Positions 40,946-51,501 of a stretch of 64,000 nucleotides of DNA are shown here, one piece after another. Under the pieces are notes generated by a model. It saw nothing but the letters and a program-made list of their open reading frames with translations. It ran no database searches and was not told the origin of the DNA. The position numbers were made by a program, and so were the translations under genes. Source of the stretch: a virus (lineage: Duplodnaviria > Caudoviricetes); the IMG/VR virus record IMGVR_UViG_3300044831_000040, positions 2,680 to 66,679 of that record. One strand, 5' to 3'. Within the stretch, counting starts at the first letter, position 1; each line of letters begins with the position of its first letter.

Positions 40946-41814
40946 TGGGCCAGGGGCCACCGAACCAGGGCTTTCAGATCCAGGTGGTCAGGGTGATCTC
41001 CGTCGACACCACGGTAAAGAAGGCAGTCGTGGTGAATTCGCTCGGGGCCGAGATCGAGGTACGCCTCGACATCCTCGCCCACCGATACCAGGTACCGGCC
41101 GCCGGGGAGGTGTGGATCATCAGCCAGACCCTGGGATTCTGGGCATTCGTCGCCATCATGAACCCTCCAGGGGGAACGCCACCCGACGTGGCAGCCCTAC
41201 AGACCGCTGTAACGGCCCTGCAAGCCTCTCTGGCGTCTCTACTCGCCGGGCCGGGGGTAGCGACCACCGCTGCTCGTTCAGACATCCTGACCGCCGCAGG
41301 AGCGATGCTGCTCGGACAGACCTTCACCAACGAATGGTGGATGCCTGCCCGAGACTTCGATGCATCCCTGGGCTCACCCACCTACGCCTCTTTCGGAAGC
41401 TGGGCAACGAACCAGTGGGGATGGCATTTCCCTTCAGCAGCGCAGTCGGGAGTCATCGGTCACACCACTGTTCCCATCGACTACTCCCCGGGCACCACCA
41501 TCACTGGAGACATCTACTTCACCTGTTCCGCCGGAGGCAACTGCAAGATCGATGCCCAGGCGGCGGCGATCCGGCCGGGACTCGATCCGATGAACACAAC
41601 AGGGGCCATTCCCCCGGGAGCTTCAACCATCATCGCCCCGACCGGGCTGGAGCAACGACTCGTGACGGGTATCGGCAGCGTGGCAGGTACACCCGTAGCA
41701 GGATGTGTCGTCAACGTCGCCGTCGATCGCGATGGGGTGAACGGGTCGGATACGAACACGTCCATCGTCACCTTTCACGGCGTGAGGCTTCGCTACACGG
41801 CCGTCCGTATCTGA
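40945..41814 (+). CDS. baseplate spike-like protein (start 40942 or 40945)
   Basis: OB-fold-like N-terminus (YQVPAAGEVWII), coiled coil, β-rich C-terminus. Confidence 0.6.
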   Translation: MGQGPPNQGFQIQVVRVISVDTTVKKAVVVNSLGAEIEVRLDILAHRYQVPAAGEVWIISQTLGFWAFVAIMNPPGGTPPDVAALQTAVTALQASLASLLAGPGVATTAARSDILTAAGAMLLGQTFTNEWWMPARDFDASLGSPTYASFGSWATNQWGWHFPSAAQSGVIGHTTVPIDYSPGTTITGDIYFTCSAGGNCKIDAQAAAIRPGLDPMNTTGAIPPGASTIIAPTGLEQRLVTGIGSVAGTPVAGCVVNVAVDRDGVNGSDTNTSIVTFHGVRLRYTAVRI

Positions 41815-41853
41815 TCCTGCCTCCGGTGTGCCTCCGGCGACAGAAGGAGTGAG

Positions 41854-42288
41854 ATGAAAGCCTTTGCCGTGAACAACGGGGACCTGGTGATGGGGCCAAC
41901 CTCCTATGAGGTGGTGACTGGCCCACGGAAGATCGCGCAAGACCTGGGCATCGCCTGCCGGGAGCCGATTGGTTGTGACCGCTTCCACCCCAACTGGGGG
42001 AGCCTCTTGCCCACCTACGTGGGCCTCGATGCCCAACAGGTGGACCTGATGGTCAAGGGTGAGGTCTCGCGGCTGATCCAGAACTATTCCATGGTTCAGC
42101 GTGGTATTGCAGCCCAGGACGTTGCAAACGCCGTTACCCCCCGGCTTTCGCCTTCGGAGATCGTCGGCCGAGTTGACTCCATCAATGTGACTCAGGCATT
42201 CGATGCCTTCGCCGTGCAAGTCGTACTGTCAACGCTCGATCACAGTTCCAAGGTACTGCTCACTCAAGTGGTCGGGGTGACGGGATGA
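41854..42288 (+). CDS. baseplate wedge subunit (gp25-like)
   Basis: DRFHPNWGSLLPTYVG; precedes baseplate J. Confidence 0.75.
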   Translation: MKAFAVNNGDLVMGPTSYEVVTGPRKIAQDLGIACREPIGCDRFHPNWGSLLPTYVGLDAQQVDLMVKGEVSRLIQNYSMVQRGIAAQDVANAVTPRLSPSEIVGRVDSINVTQAFDAFAVQVVLSTLDHSSKVLLTQVVGVTG

Positions 42289-44087
42289 CGGTCACCACCG
42301 GTCAGATCGCAGATCAGATGGTGCAGGGCCTTGCCCTCACTGAACCCGATCTGGACACCTCTGTAGGTACGACGGTGCGCAAGATGGTCGATGCCGTTGC
42401 TGAGGTGATCGCTTCGGCCTACTCAGACAAGGTGCTGCTCGACTACCAGTACGACATCAACGCCAAGTCCGGCTCGGACCTCGATGACTTCGTTGCCCTC
42501 TTCGGCTTCTCCCGGCTGGCGGCCAAACGAGCGACGGGATCGGTGACCTTCTCACGCACCCTGCCTCCGGCCCCGACTGTCGCCCCGGCGATCTTCATCC
42601 CAATCGGCACTCAGCTTGCTACCGCGGACTCAACGCCCATCGTGGTATCCACCATGGTGCCAGCGATCCTTCCGGCTGGGCAGACGACGATCACGATCCC
42701 CGTGCAGGCAGTTGTCGGCGGGGCTATCGGCAACATCGCCGCCTCAAGTCTCGTACGCAAGGTAACGCCCCTCGACGGCATCCCGAGCTTCACCAACCCA
42801 TCGGCGTTGGTCGGCGGGAGTGATCCAGAGAGTGACGACCAACTCCGGACCAGATTCAAGAAGACAGTCTTTCGGAACCTGGCCGGTACCGAACAGATGT
42901 TCCTGGCGATCGCCCTTGACAACGCCGCCGTCACCCAGGCGAACGTGATAGGAGCGTCGAAGACATGGCGCGAACAGGTGCAGCTTGTCGGAGGTGTAGC
43001 GATCTCGACGCTGGCCGGAGCCCGCTACGTCTACCCCACCTCAGCCATCTTCGGTCCCAACATCGACGGCGGCCAGGTGCTCACGCCTGGGGTCCACTAC
43101 ACGTTCACGGCCAGCACACCACCCTCCGTGACATCCCTGAACGGGGCGACGGTCCCCGATGGTGTCTACGACCTTCAGTTCGAGTACGTGCCTCTCGCCT
43201 CGCGCAACGACCCCATCAACGGCATCACGAACCGCATCGATCTCTATGTCTCAGGACAAGCTCCTACCGAAGCGACAGAAACTGTCATCTTCTCGACGAC
43301 CCGACTCTTCAATGCCACGGTGGGCGATCCCCTCAACGTCGCCAATTTTCAGAGAGACAACCTCGGGCCGCCGCAGGCGGGCAACTACTTCGCCCCCTTC
43401 GCCTTCTCCCCGGTAGTCAACCCATCCATCTCGGGGACGATCCAGATTGCCGGAGGACCATTGCTCACGCGCAATGTCGACTACTTCCTGGTCAACGACA
43501 TAACGAGGAACGGTGGGGCATTCGGGTCTCTCTCCGGGGTGGAGTTCATCGCTTCGTCAGGAACGACACCATCAGGCCCCAACTCCGCTGCCCTGGCCGC
43601 TTTGAATGGGCACACCATCGTGGCCGACTACCTTTATAATGCTGTGCCCCATCAGATCGACCTGGCTGTGCGGGCATGGCGTCTGGTGACGACAGATGTA
43701 AAGGTTCATCAGGCCAAGGTGCTATTGCTCAACTTCTACATGGCGGCCATCCTCACCCCGGGCTTCAACCTGACCAGTGTGCAGACCGAGATGCAGAACA
43801 GCCTTTCCGCTTTCATCTCCGACATTGGATTCAACGGTGTGGTGCAGGTATCCGATCTCATCGAAATTGCTCATCAGGTGCCTGGGGTGGACTCGGTACG
43901 TCTGCTGACAGCGACCGATAACCCGACCAACTATGCCATTCAGCAGGTGAACTCGCTGGGGGCAGTCATCACCACATACCAGAGCAGCGGCAGGGCAACA
44001 GACGTAATTCTGAGCGACGATCAGCTTCCCGCCTTCAACAGCCTCACGCTGTTGCAGAAGGCCCAGAATTCATTTGGTGTGGTGTAG
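42285..44087 (+). CDS. baseplate J-like protein
   Basis: SGSDLDDFVALFGFSRLAAKRATGSVTF; GGSDPESDDQLRTR. Confidence 0.9.
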   Translation: MTVTTGQIADQMVQGLALTEPDLDTSVGTTVRKMVDAVAEVIASAYSDKVLLDYQYDINAKSGSDLDDFVALFGFSRLAAKRATGSVTFSRTLPPAPTVAPAIFIPIGTQLATADSTPIVVSTMVPAILPAGQTTITIPVQAVVGGAIGNIAASSLVRKVTPLDGIPSFTNPSALVGGSDPESDDQLRTRFKKTVFRNLAGTEQMFLAIALDNAAVTQANVIGASKTWREQVQLVGGVAISTLAGARYVYPTSAIFGPNIDGGQVLTPGVHYTFTASTPPSVTSLNGATVPDGVYDLQFEYVPLASRNDPINGITNRIDLYVSGQAPTEATETVIFSTTRLFNATVGDPLNVANFQRDNLGPPQAGNYFAPFAFSPVVNPSISGTIQIAGGPLLTRNVDYFLVNDITRNGGAFGSLSGVEFIASSGTTPSGPNSAALAALNGHTIVADYLYNAVPHQIDLAVRAWRLVTTDVKVHQAKVLLLNFYMAAILTPGFNLTSVQTEMQNSLSAFISDIGFNGVVQVSDLIEIAHQVPGVDSVRLLTATDNPTNYAIQQVNSLGAVITTYQSSGRATDVILSDDQLPAFNSLTLLQKAQNSFGVV

Positions 44088-46730
44088 ATGGCACCGAACC
44101 CCTCACTCACTCCTATACCGTCATTGATCTCGGTACAGCTTCCCCCCTCGGTGCCTGTACCCAGTGGGCTCAGCACTGGCACCGACCTTCTCCTGCCCCA
44201 GTCGGCCATCATGGACCGGCTTCGACACTTCCCAGAGGAGGTGTATTCGCTCGCCGCCGAGAGCCACCTTGTGCGACTCATGAAGGTACTGCTCGGGGAT
44301 GCCGGGGCGGGGCAACTGAAGAAGCGCCTCACGATCTCCCGACTGTCGCAGGTGCTGTCGTCGACTCACTTCTACGACCTCGATCGATTCTACGGTGCTC
44401 TCTTCGGTGTACGCCGGACACCACAGGAGTATCTCAGCTTCAACCCCTACATAGCCACGGCAACCGGTGACCAGTGGGACACAGCCCACGCGAGCGATGC
44501 GAGTTACCGGTCACGGGTCATGCAATTCGCCCGAGGCATCAGCTTCGGCGCAACCGTCATCGGCATGGAGCTTATAGCCGAAGCCATTCTGTCGATCGAG
44601 TGTGACATCTACGAAATTTTCAACCAGGTGGACCTCGGGACGGCCAACTATGCAGATCGTCGCCTGTTCGTCATCCGGCCGAAGCGACCGGTCACCTTGG
44701 CTGAAGCCTTCGACCTCAAGCAAGTCATCTCCACCTTGAAACCGGCGGATGTGAGAGTCGAGATCGACTACCAAGGTGTGCAGGTTCACATTCCGACTCC
44801 GGTCTCCTCGATTGCCGCTGACTCCGAGCACTGGGAAATCATTTCGAAGGTGTCTGCCCAGCCGTCTCCTTTGCCTCCATACCTCAACCCTTCCGCCACT
44901 CCGGTAGAACAGCCACGGCCACCTTTCTCGGGATACCAGGGGGAAGCCTGGAGCTACGCCAACGACATCAGTGGGGTCACCTCGATATCTCCACCCCAGC
45001 GATTGACCTTCGTCGATGGTGACTATACGGACTACCTTCCCTACATGGCGATGTTGCCCTTCCGCAATGTGCAGTCTGGTCGGGCTGTTTCCGATGCCAT
45101 CCTCATCGCGCACCCTTACTCGGGACCACGGGTGTCAGTGGGGTCTACCTACGTCGACCGCAACGGGCAGGTGTGGGCATCAGGAACCGGGGCTGATCGC
45201 AACACGTTGTCAACCCTCTACTCGGATCGGATCCCCCTGGGACCTTTGCTCGGAGTGATCACTTCACCCCCGACAGCGAGTGGGGTCCAACGCTTCTGGC
45301 TCAGCCCCACACGACCACAAGGTGACACGACTCAAGAGGTACTGGAGATCACGTTGGTTGGCAACAGACTCGTCAACTATGTCACCGTCGAGATCGTTCA
45401 CTTCCCCCATACCCTCTCGGTGCAGGTGTATGACCCGACCGTGGCCGGAAGCTGGCTGGAGGTGGCATCGCAACAGGTGCTCAACTCCAAGCCCGAGGTG
45501 TTTGTCGAGGACCGTCCCATCCGTTCGCAAGAGGCAGGACATCCCCAGGGCCATCAGTGGGTCAAGTGTGGCTTCAGGATCCCGGCAGTATCGACGCCAC
45601 GGATCAGAGTGGTTCTCACCCGAGGTCCAGGTACGCCGCCGATGGAGTGGGAAGACGAACAGGGCGAAGCCCCGGAACCATTGCCCTACGCCCTCGGTGC
45701 GCGCAACTTCGACCTGGGGTATCGAGTGACCACCCTCGCTGATGTTCCCATCGACCCGGCGACCGGTATGTACCTCGACCCCATTGCCACCACGAGAGAC
45801 ATCCTCGGATCTCTGGTTAGCTTCAGCTTGAAGCAGTACAAGGCGATCAACCTCCAGATCGGAGGCAGACCATGGAAATCCGAACCCCAACCGGTGAGCT
45901 ATGCCGTGGTCAACCTCTACCTCGACACGCGGGTGGCAGCCCGAGTCGGAGCGGATGGGCAGGTCGTCGACCGCTTCTATGTGGACCCTATTGCAGCCGG
46001 GCCGTCGATAAACATCTACTACTCCAACGATCCCACAGCGCCTACGGGAGCGGTCACCGAAGAGTTCTGCGAAGGGTTGACGTGGACACCCCTTGCCCGG
46101 GACTACACACTTCAGAAGGGGTTTATCAAGGTGCCCCCGACCAAAGCCCGCTTCTTCAAATTCGAGTTCACCAACCTCACAGCGGAGCCCTATGAATCCC
46201 TGGTGCCCATCGTCCGCACCTTGAAGCTCTTTCCAGCATCAGTGGTGGCAGCCTCGGTGGGCCTCGTGTCGACCGGCACGGCCGATGGGGCGATCCCGCC
46301 AGGAGTGCGTGCCCAAGCTGCCACCAGCGCCCGCTACAGCTACGCTGATGCCGCTCGCATCCTGGAGACGGTCTCGGAGGCCCCGGTTTACTCCCCCACC
46401 GAGACTCTCTACGCCCCCAACCCCACGTCTGCGGCCAAGCTGGCTGCCCAGAGTTGGGCATTTCAGTACACGCCCTGGCACCAGGGCACCCGGGCACCCC
46501 AATGGGTGCAGGTGGGCCAGCACATCTATGACGAGGTCGAAATTGAGCATCGGACAAAGGTCGGGTTCTTTGTCGGGCTGAATAAGCTCCAGGCTTTCCG
46601 GCTCGACTATACGGCCAACGATGATCCTGATGTTTACACCGATGTGTTCTGGGACGCCACCCACATTGGATCCAACACCGGATGGGCGGTCACCTCCAAC
46701 CTTCTATCCATCGGCGTTCTCTCTCCCTAG
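44088..46730 (+). CDS. baseplate wedge/tail protein
   Basis: THFYDLDRFYGALFG...YRSRV; 880 aa after baseplate J. Confidence 0.7.
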   Translation: MAPNPSLTPIPSLISVQLPPSVPVPSGLSTGTDLLLPQSAIMDRLRHFPEEVYSLAAESHLVRLMKVLLGDAGAGQLKKRLTISRLSQVLSSTHFYDLDRFYGALFGVRRTPQEYLSFNPYIATATGDQWDTAHASDASYRSRVMQFARGISFGATVIGMELIAEAILSIECDIYEIFNQVDLGTANYADRRLFVIRPKRPVTLAEAFDLKQVISTLKPADVRVEIDYQGVQVHIPTPVSSIAADSEHWEIISKVSAQPSPLPPYLNPSATPVEQPRPPFSGYQGEAWSYANDISGVTSISPPQRLTFVDGDYTDYLPYMAMLPFRNVQSGRAVSDAILIAHPYSGPRVSVGSTYVDRNGQVWASGTGADRNTLSTLYSDRIPLGPLLGVITSPPTASGVQRFWLSPTRPQGDTTQEVLEITLVGNRLVNYVTVEIVHFPHTLSVQVYDPTVAGSWLEVASQQVLNSKPEVFVEDRPIRSQEAGHPQGHQWVKCGFRIPAVSTPRIRVVLTRGPGTPPMEWEDEQGEAPEPLPYALGARNFDLGYRVTTLADVPIDPATGMYLDPIATTRDILGSLVSFSLKQYKAINLQIGGRPWKSEPQPVSYAVVNLYLDTRVAARVGADGQVVDRFYVDPIAAGPSINIYYSNDPTAPTGAVTEEFCEGLTWTPLARDYTLQKGFIKVPPTKARFFKFEFTNLTAEPYESLVPIVRTLKLFPASVVAASVGLVSTGTADGAIPPGVRAQAATSARYSYADAARILETVSEAPVYSPTETLYAPNPTSAAKLAAQSWAFQYTPWHQGTRAPQWVQVGQHIYDEVEIEHRTKVGFFVGLNKLQAFRLDYTANDDPDVYTDVFWDATHIGSNTGWAVTSNLLSIGVLSP

Positions 46731-46802
46731 CTACTGTCTGCCCTGGCCGCAGTCCCGATGAAGGGGTGAAGCGGAGTCCTGTAGAAAGGGGAGAGCCCGG
46801 CG

Positions 46803-47147
46803 ATGGCGGATCCAACACCCACCACAGAGCAAAATCCAGATGACCCTGGGGGCCGGGTCGGGGAGAGGTTGAAGCTGGTTCGGGACATCGGCAACGAGTT
46901 CGATACCGATGGTGCCCCCATGAGCCCATTGAGGGCCGGATGGATCGGCACCGTGGCGAGGTTTGTCCCGGCCCATCATCCCGGGGCTCATACCCCTGAC
47001 GAGGACTCCTACGTCGTGGACTTCCCCGAGGGAGGCATCGGGCACTCACCTGATGGAACCCCGTTCCTCGTTCAAGTCGCAAGGTCTGTGAGCTTCTCGC
47101 TGGACGACCTGGACAACCCCTCTGTGTTCGAGAAGGTCGAGGGCTAG
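46803..47147 (+). CDS. hypothetical protein
   Basis: 114 aa, GGGGAG RBS. Confidence 0.6.
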   Translation: MADPTPTTEQNPDDPGGRVGERLKLVRDIGNEFDTDGAPMSPLRAGWIGTVARFVPAHHPGAHTPDEDSYVVDFPEGGIGHSPDGTPFLVQVARSVSFSLDDLDNPSVFEKVEG

Positions 47148-47150
47148 GCC

Positions 47151-47789
47151 ATGGCCGGACAGTTCAGCAGACTGGGCAAGTCGCGGGCGCTTGATGCCGT
47201 CACCGGCCGGGCAGCCCCTTCCACCTTCACCGGCTACATCGCTCTTGTCACCAATGGATCTCAGACCATCAACAACAAGGCGCTCACCTCCAATGTCGCT
47301 ACCTTGACCACGGCCGCGTCCCATGGTTACGCGGTAGGAATGGTGGTCACGGTGACCGGCGTCGATGCCACTTTCAATGGCACATTCTCGATCACTGCTG
47401 TAACCTCAACCACCTTCAGCTATGCCCTGACGGCTGCCAACGTCGGTACCCAAGCCGCCACTGGTACATCCACCGTCGCCCCGACCGACTCCACCATCGG
47501 CGTCGAGTTCGCAGCATCCGGCTACTCCCGACAGGCAGTGGCCTTTACCGCACCCACCGCTGCGGATCCTCCCGTCACGTCGACCACAGCGCAGTTGACC
47601 TTCGGCCCGTTCACTGCCGGGACCGGGGCTCAATGCACCTACGCTGAGTTGACCGATCAGGCTTCCGCTGCCATCACGGCCACAACCCAGATGTATTCCT
47701 GGTGGACCTTGACGACTCCGAAGACTCCAGCAACCGGAGACTCGATCACCGTTCCCCTCGGATCGATCACTCTCAGCTTCACGACGTAA
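47151..47789 (+). CDS. tail fibre-associated structural protein
   Basis: SGYSRQAVAF...TPKTPATGDSITVPLGSITLS. Confidence 0.7.
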   Translation: MAGQFSRLGKSRALDAVTGRAAPSTFTGYIALVTNGSQTINNKALTSNVATLTTAASHGYAVGMVVTVTGVDATFNGTFSITAVTSTTFSYALTAANVGTQAATGTSTVAPTDSTIGVEFAASGYSRQAVAFTAPTAADPPVTSTTAQLTFGPFTAGTGAQCTYAELTDQASAAITATTQMYSWWTLTTPKTPATGDSITVPLGSITLSFTT

Positions 47790-47799
47790 AGGTTGCTCG

Positions 47800-48039
47800 A
47801 TGGCAACCTACTCGGTGACCGTTGAGGTCTCGGATACCTACCCTCAGGCCGATGCCGAGGTGGTGCTGGCGAAATTCGCTGCATGCCTCGGTCAAGGACG
47901 CGTGATGGTGACACCGCTCCCTCCAGGCTTTCCTGAGGGCAGAGATGTCGAGGTTGCCTTCCGGATTCGACATGCCATCGAGCAGATGATGGCTCAGGCC
48001 GAAGAACAGGCACGGGTTGTCGTAGCAGCGGAGGGCTAA
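47800..48039 (+). CDS. hypothetical protein
   Basis: 79 aa. Confidence 0.55.
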   Translation: MATYSVTVEVSDTYPQADAEVVLAKFAACLGQGRVMVTPLPPGFPEGRDVEVAFRIRHAIEQMMAQAEEQARVVVAAEG

Positions 48040-51000
48040 GTGGCGATCTCTGCCGTGGGGAGCCTGGTCTCCTCCACTGGCGCTAATGGGACGAGCCTTT
48101 CCGTCACCCCCACAACCAATGGAAACGCTTGGCTTCTATTCGTCAAGGTCGGAGACTCGACCTTATCCGTCACCTCAATTACCGGAGGCGGAGTCCCAGC
48201 TTCTGGACCAGGATCCTGGCAGCGTGTGGCTGGACCATATGCCGATACTTCCGGTACCCCACATGATCATGAAATCTGGTTGGGCAAGATCACCACCACG
48301 GGTGCCTCGACCATTACCATCACTCCCTCTGGCCCGACCACTTCGATCAACATCGATCTTGATGCACAGGAGTTCACCGCCGGTCTCGGAACTTCGACGA
48401 TCTGGGCTCGGGACGGGTCACAGCAATCCGGCCAGACCAACGCATCCTCGACCACGGTTACTTTCCCCTCCCTGACGGCTGTCGGCGGCGGAGAACTTTA
48501 CTTCGGACACGCCCGCGTTCCTGCGGCTCCTGTTGCTGGGTCGACCACTGGGTTCACTTACGTTACTGATGCCAACGGTAACCAGATCGCTTACAACGGA
48601 AACGCTGGATCAGGGACAGTCGCCCCCACATCCTCGATCGCTGTCGCAGGGGTTACTTCCACTATTGGGGTGCTCATCACCGGCACTTCAGGCTCTGCAC
48701 TCGCTGTCGCCGCGAATGGACTGGCTGCTTCCACGGGGAGCTTTGGGGCAGGGCTTCAGATGGCTGTGGCGGCCACGGGACTCGCCGCTTCGACAGGAAT
48801 AGCCAACGCACAACAGACCTACTCTGTCGCCGCTCAGGGATTGGCAGGTTCGACTGGGACGGCTGGAGCAGGACAGGCGATGGCCGTGGGGGCAACGGGC
48901 GTGGGCGCTTCGACAGGACTGGCCTCGATTCAACAGACCTACGCCGTGACGGCTCAGGGCCTCGCCGCTTCAATGGGTACGGCTGGGGTGGTCCTTCAAC
49001 CAGCAGGAGGGGCAACGGGGCTCGAAGGTTCGACCGGCACCGCCAGTCCAACCATGGTCTATGGGGTGAGTGCTCAGGGGCTGGGGGCTTCCGCTGGCAC
49101 CGCAGACATCTCGCTGGGCATGGCTGACTCTGCATCGGGGTTCGCTGCATCGACTGGTTCAGCCGCAATCTCTAAGGCGCTGAACATCGGGGCAACGGGG
49201 CTGGCGGCTTCTACTGGTGGCGCTGCGGCATTCATTTACGTAAGCATGTCGGCGCTTGCAGCCTCCACTGGAAGTGCCGTGATCAACACCAAGGTCATTG
49301 CTTCTGCTCAGGGACTTGAGCGGTCGACAGGATCGGCCAGCCTCATCAATGCAATCCTGATCGGTGCATCAGGGACGGTTGGGTCGACAGGAACCTTTTC
49401 TCTTACCCAATTCCATTACCTCTATGGGTCCGGGCTTGTGGTGACCAGTAACGTGATGTCGTCGAAGTCCCCGGTGTCGGCAGTTCAATTCGCCACCCAA
49501 CAGTCGTTACCGGATCAGTTGGTCCCTGACGACGACCTCATCGATCCATCGCTCGCCAGCTACAACTGGGCGGATCCCACTCGTTGGCACAAGATCGGAG
49601 ACGCCAACCTCGCCTACGGGCCGGATGGTACGTCGGTGGAGATGTGGCGCTATGTCGTCCCACCGTCGAGGCCCATCACACGCTTCGGGTCTTCGCTCGT
49701 AGGGACCCTTGTGCAACCGGTACCTCAGCCCGTGTTCGACTCTCGAACGATCACGGTCGAAGACACTGCTGCTGCGGCCCAGACCTATGGTGGCATCGCG
49801 TCACCTTCGGTGTACCCATCGGCCGCCGGAAGGATCTACGTAGCGGCGCGGGTGACGGTTGAGAGCGACCTCACCTCTCCCCTCATGCTTCAGATCATCT
49901 CGGGCACCAATGGGGCTGTGCTGGCGGAGAAGGACATCACGGCTCATGCCGGAGATCAGGTGGAGTGGTACGTGGGCTACACCATCGGAAGCTTCTATGC
50001 CCCTCCACCACCCCCGCGGATCTACAGCGCGAGGTCGTTGGTGAACCGACCGGTACATAAAGATTTCTCTGATAACCCGGTTGGTTACACGGTGCCGAGC
50101 ACAGCGTCCCCGAGTGTGGCCGACTCGATCGTACAGGCACAACTGATCCAGAGGGGCAAGTCGAACGACGTGTGGAGGCTCGACGCCTTGTCCATCTTCG
50201 ATGACGGTGTGCTGTGGGAGTTCTCTGTCGACGCTGGCGGGACGTGGTATCCGGGACTCGACATCCGCAACAACGCCAACGGCATCCTCGTCTTTCCGCA
50301 GCCGGGCAACAAGTTCATGTGGCGAGCCACGGGCCTTCGGCCCAATCGCACGATCACCGGCATTCAGCTTCGCCCTCGGTATGTGGGTACCCCGGGCATC
50401 AAGCTGGAGCATGCAGCCCGAGGCCCTAACCTCTCGACGTATGACCAGGTACTGCCCATCGAGAACGATCCCATGTTCTCGGGCTGGACCATCCCAGTTC
50501 CGCGCTACTGGTTCAAGGGCACTCCGATCAACCCCCTTGTCGGGGGCATCGTCATTCCCTCGGGTGCCGGAGGCGGCACGGCTGCCCCTACACCTCCCGC
50601 TCCGCCGCCAGCACCGGCCAACCCATCAGGCCAGGCGATGCCGAACAGTGATCTGGCGGGTTGGAAGCTCATCTTCAACGACGACTTCACAGTCGATGTG
50701 CCGCTTGGATCCTTCCCGGAGGCAGTCTCGACGAAGTGGACTGCCTACCCTTGGGGTCCCCCTCCGGATTGGCATGACACCTCGGGCAACGGCTTCTACC
50801 ATCCGCATCGGGTGTTGTCGGTGGGAGGATCGGTGCTCAACATGGACATCCATACCGAGAACATCGGAGGGATCAACTACCACCTCGTGGCAGCACCTGT
50901 GCCGATCCTGCCCGGGATCGCTCCCTACCATGGTCAACGCTATGGTCGCTACGCTGTCCGATTCAGGTCAGACATCCTTCCGCTCTACAAGACGGCGTGG

Positions 51001-51375
51001 TTGTTGTGGCCGGACTCAGACACCTGGCCTGGCGATGGTGAGATCGACTTCCCTGAGGCCGCCCTCGACGGCAACAACACGATCTCGGCGTTCATGCATC
51101 GCCAAGCCGGGATCAGTGGTTCCGATCAAGATGCCTACTCCACCTCGATCAAGGAGGCCGCTTCAGGCTGGCACACGGCCATCATCGAGTGGAGCGCGGG
51201 TCGGTGCGCCTTCATCCTTGACGGCGTGACCATCGGGGTGTCAACAAGTCGGGTTCCCAACTCGCCCATGCACTGGATCCTTCAGACCGAAACCTCCCTC
51301 TCTGGGGTCGCTCCGGATCCAAGTACGCGGGGCAACGTCCAGATTGACTGGGTGGCTATCTGGGCACCGACCTAA
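48040..51375 (+). CDS. long tail fibre/receptor-binding protein with C-terminal GH16 domain
   Basis: WKLIFNDDF...GEIDFPE...WHTAIIEW...MHWILQ (GH16); central ~20-aa GLAASTG repeats. Confidence 0.8.
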   Translation: MAISAVGSLVSSTGANGTSLSVTPTTNGNAWLLFVKVGDSTLSVTSITGGGVPASGPGSWQRVAGPYADTSGTPHDHEIWLGKITTTGASTITITPSGPTTSINIDLDAQEFTAGLGTSTIWARDGSQQSGQTNASSTTVTFPSLTAVGGGELYFGHARVPAAPVAGSTTGFTYVTDANGNQIAYNGNAGSGTVAPTSSIAVAGVTSTIGVLITGTSGSALAVAANGLAASTGSFGAGLQMAVAATGLAASTGIANAQQTYSVAAQGLAGSTGTAGAGQAMAVGATGVGASTGLASIQQTYAVTAQGLAASMGTAGVVLQPAGGATGLEGSTGTASPTMVYGVSAQGLGASAGTADISLGMADSASGFAASTGSAAISKALNIGATGLAASTGGAAAFIYVSMSALAASTGSAVINTKVIASAQGLERSTGSASLINAILIGASGTVGSTGTFSLTQFHYLYGSGLVVTSNVMSSKSPVSAVQFATQQSLPDQLVPDDDLIDPSLASYNWADPTRWHKIGDANLAYGPDGTSVEMWRYVVPPSRPITRFGSSLVGTLVQPVPQPVFDSRTITVEDTAAAAQTYGGIASPSVYPSAAGRIYVAARVTVESDLTSPLMLQIISGTNGAVLAEKDITAHAGDQVEWYVGYTIGSFYAPPPPPRIYSARSLVNRPVHKDFSDNPVGYTVPSTASPSVADSIVQAQLIQRGKSNDVWRLDALSIFDDGVLWEFSVDAGGTWYPGLDIRNNANGILVFPQPGNKFMWRATGLRPNRTITGIQLRPRYVGTPGIKLEHAARGPNLSTYDQVLPIENDPMFSGWTIPVPRYWFKGTPINPLVGGIVIPSGAGGGTAAPTPPAPPPAPANPSGQAMPNSDLAGWKLIFNDDFTVDVPLGSFPEAVSTKWTAYPWGPPPDWHDTSGNGFYHPHRVLSVGGSVLNMDIHTENIGGINYHLVAAPVPILPGIAPYHGQRYGRYAVRFRSDILPLYKTAWLLWPDSDTWPGDGEIDFPEAALDGNNTISAFMHRQAGISGSDQDAYSTSIKEAASGWHTAIIEWSAGRCAFILDGVTIGVSTSRVPNSPMHWILQTETSLSGVAPDPSTRGNVQIDWVAIWAPT
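48700..49400 (+). repeat. ~12 degenerate 60-bp (20-aa) repeats in the tail fibre gene
   Basis: (V/I)xAxGLAASTGxA units, e.g. VAATGLAASTGIAN, VAAQGLAGSTGTAG; boundaries approximate. Confidence 0.75.
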
Positions 51376-51462
51376 TGTGTATGATCCTGCTGCTGATCTC
51401 CGGGGTCGTTTCTTTCCTCCCCCCTGGATCGCAGCGGCTCCGGGATCAGTCCAAAATGGGTA

Positions 51463-51492
51463 TGGTCAAACAAGCTTAGAGTTTGGTAAAAT
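51463..51492 (+). promoter_or_regulatory. promoter with CTTAGAG box
   Basis: TGGTCA-18 nt (contains CTTAGAG 51475-51481)-TAAAAT, with extended TG. Confidence 0.55.
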
Positions 51493-51501
51493 AGCACGAC
51501 C

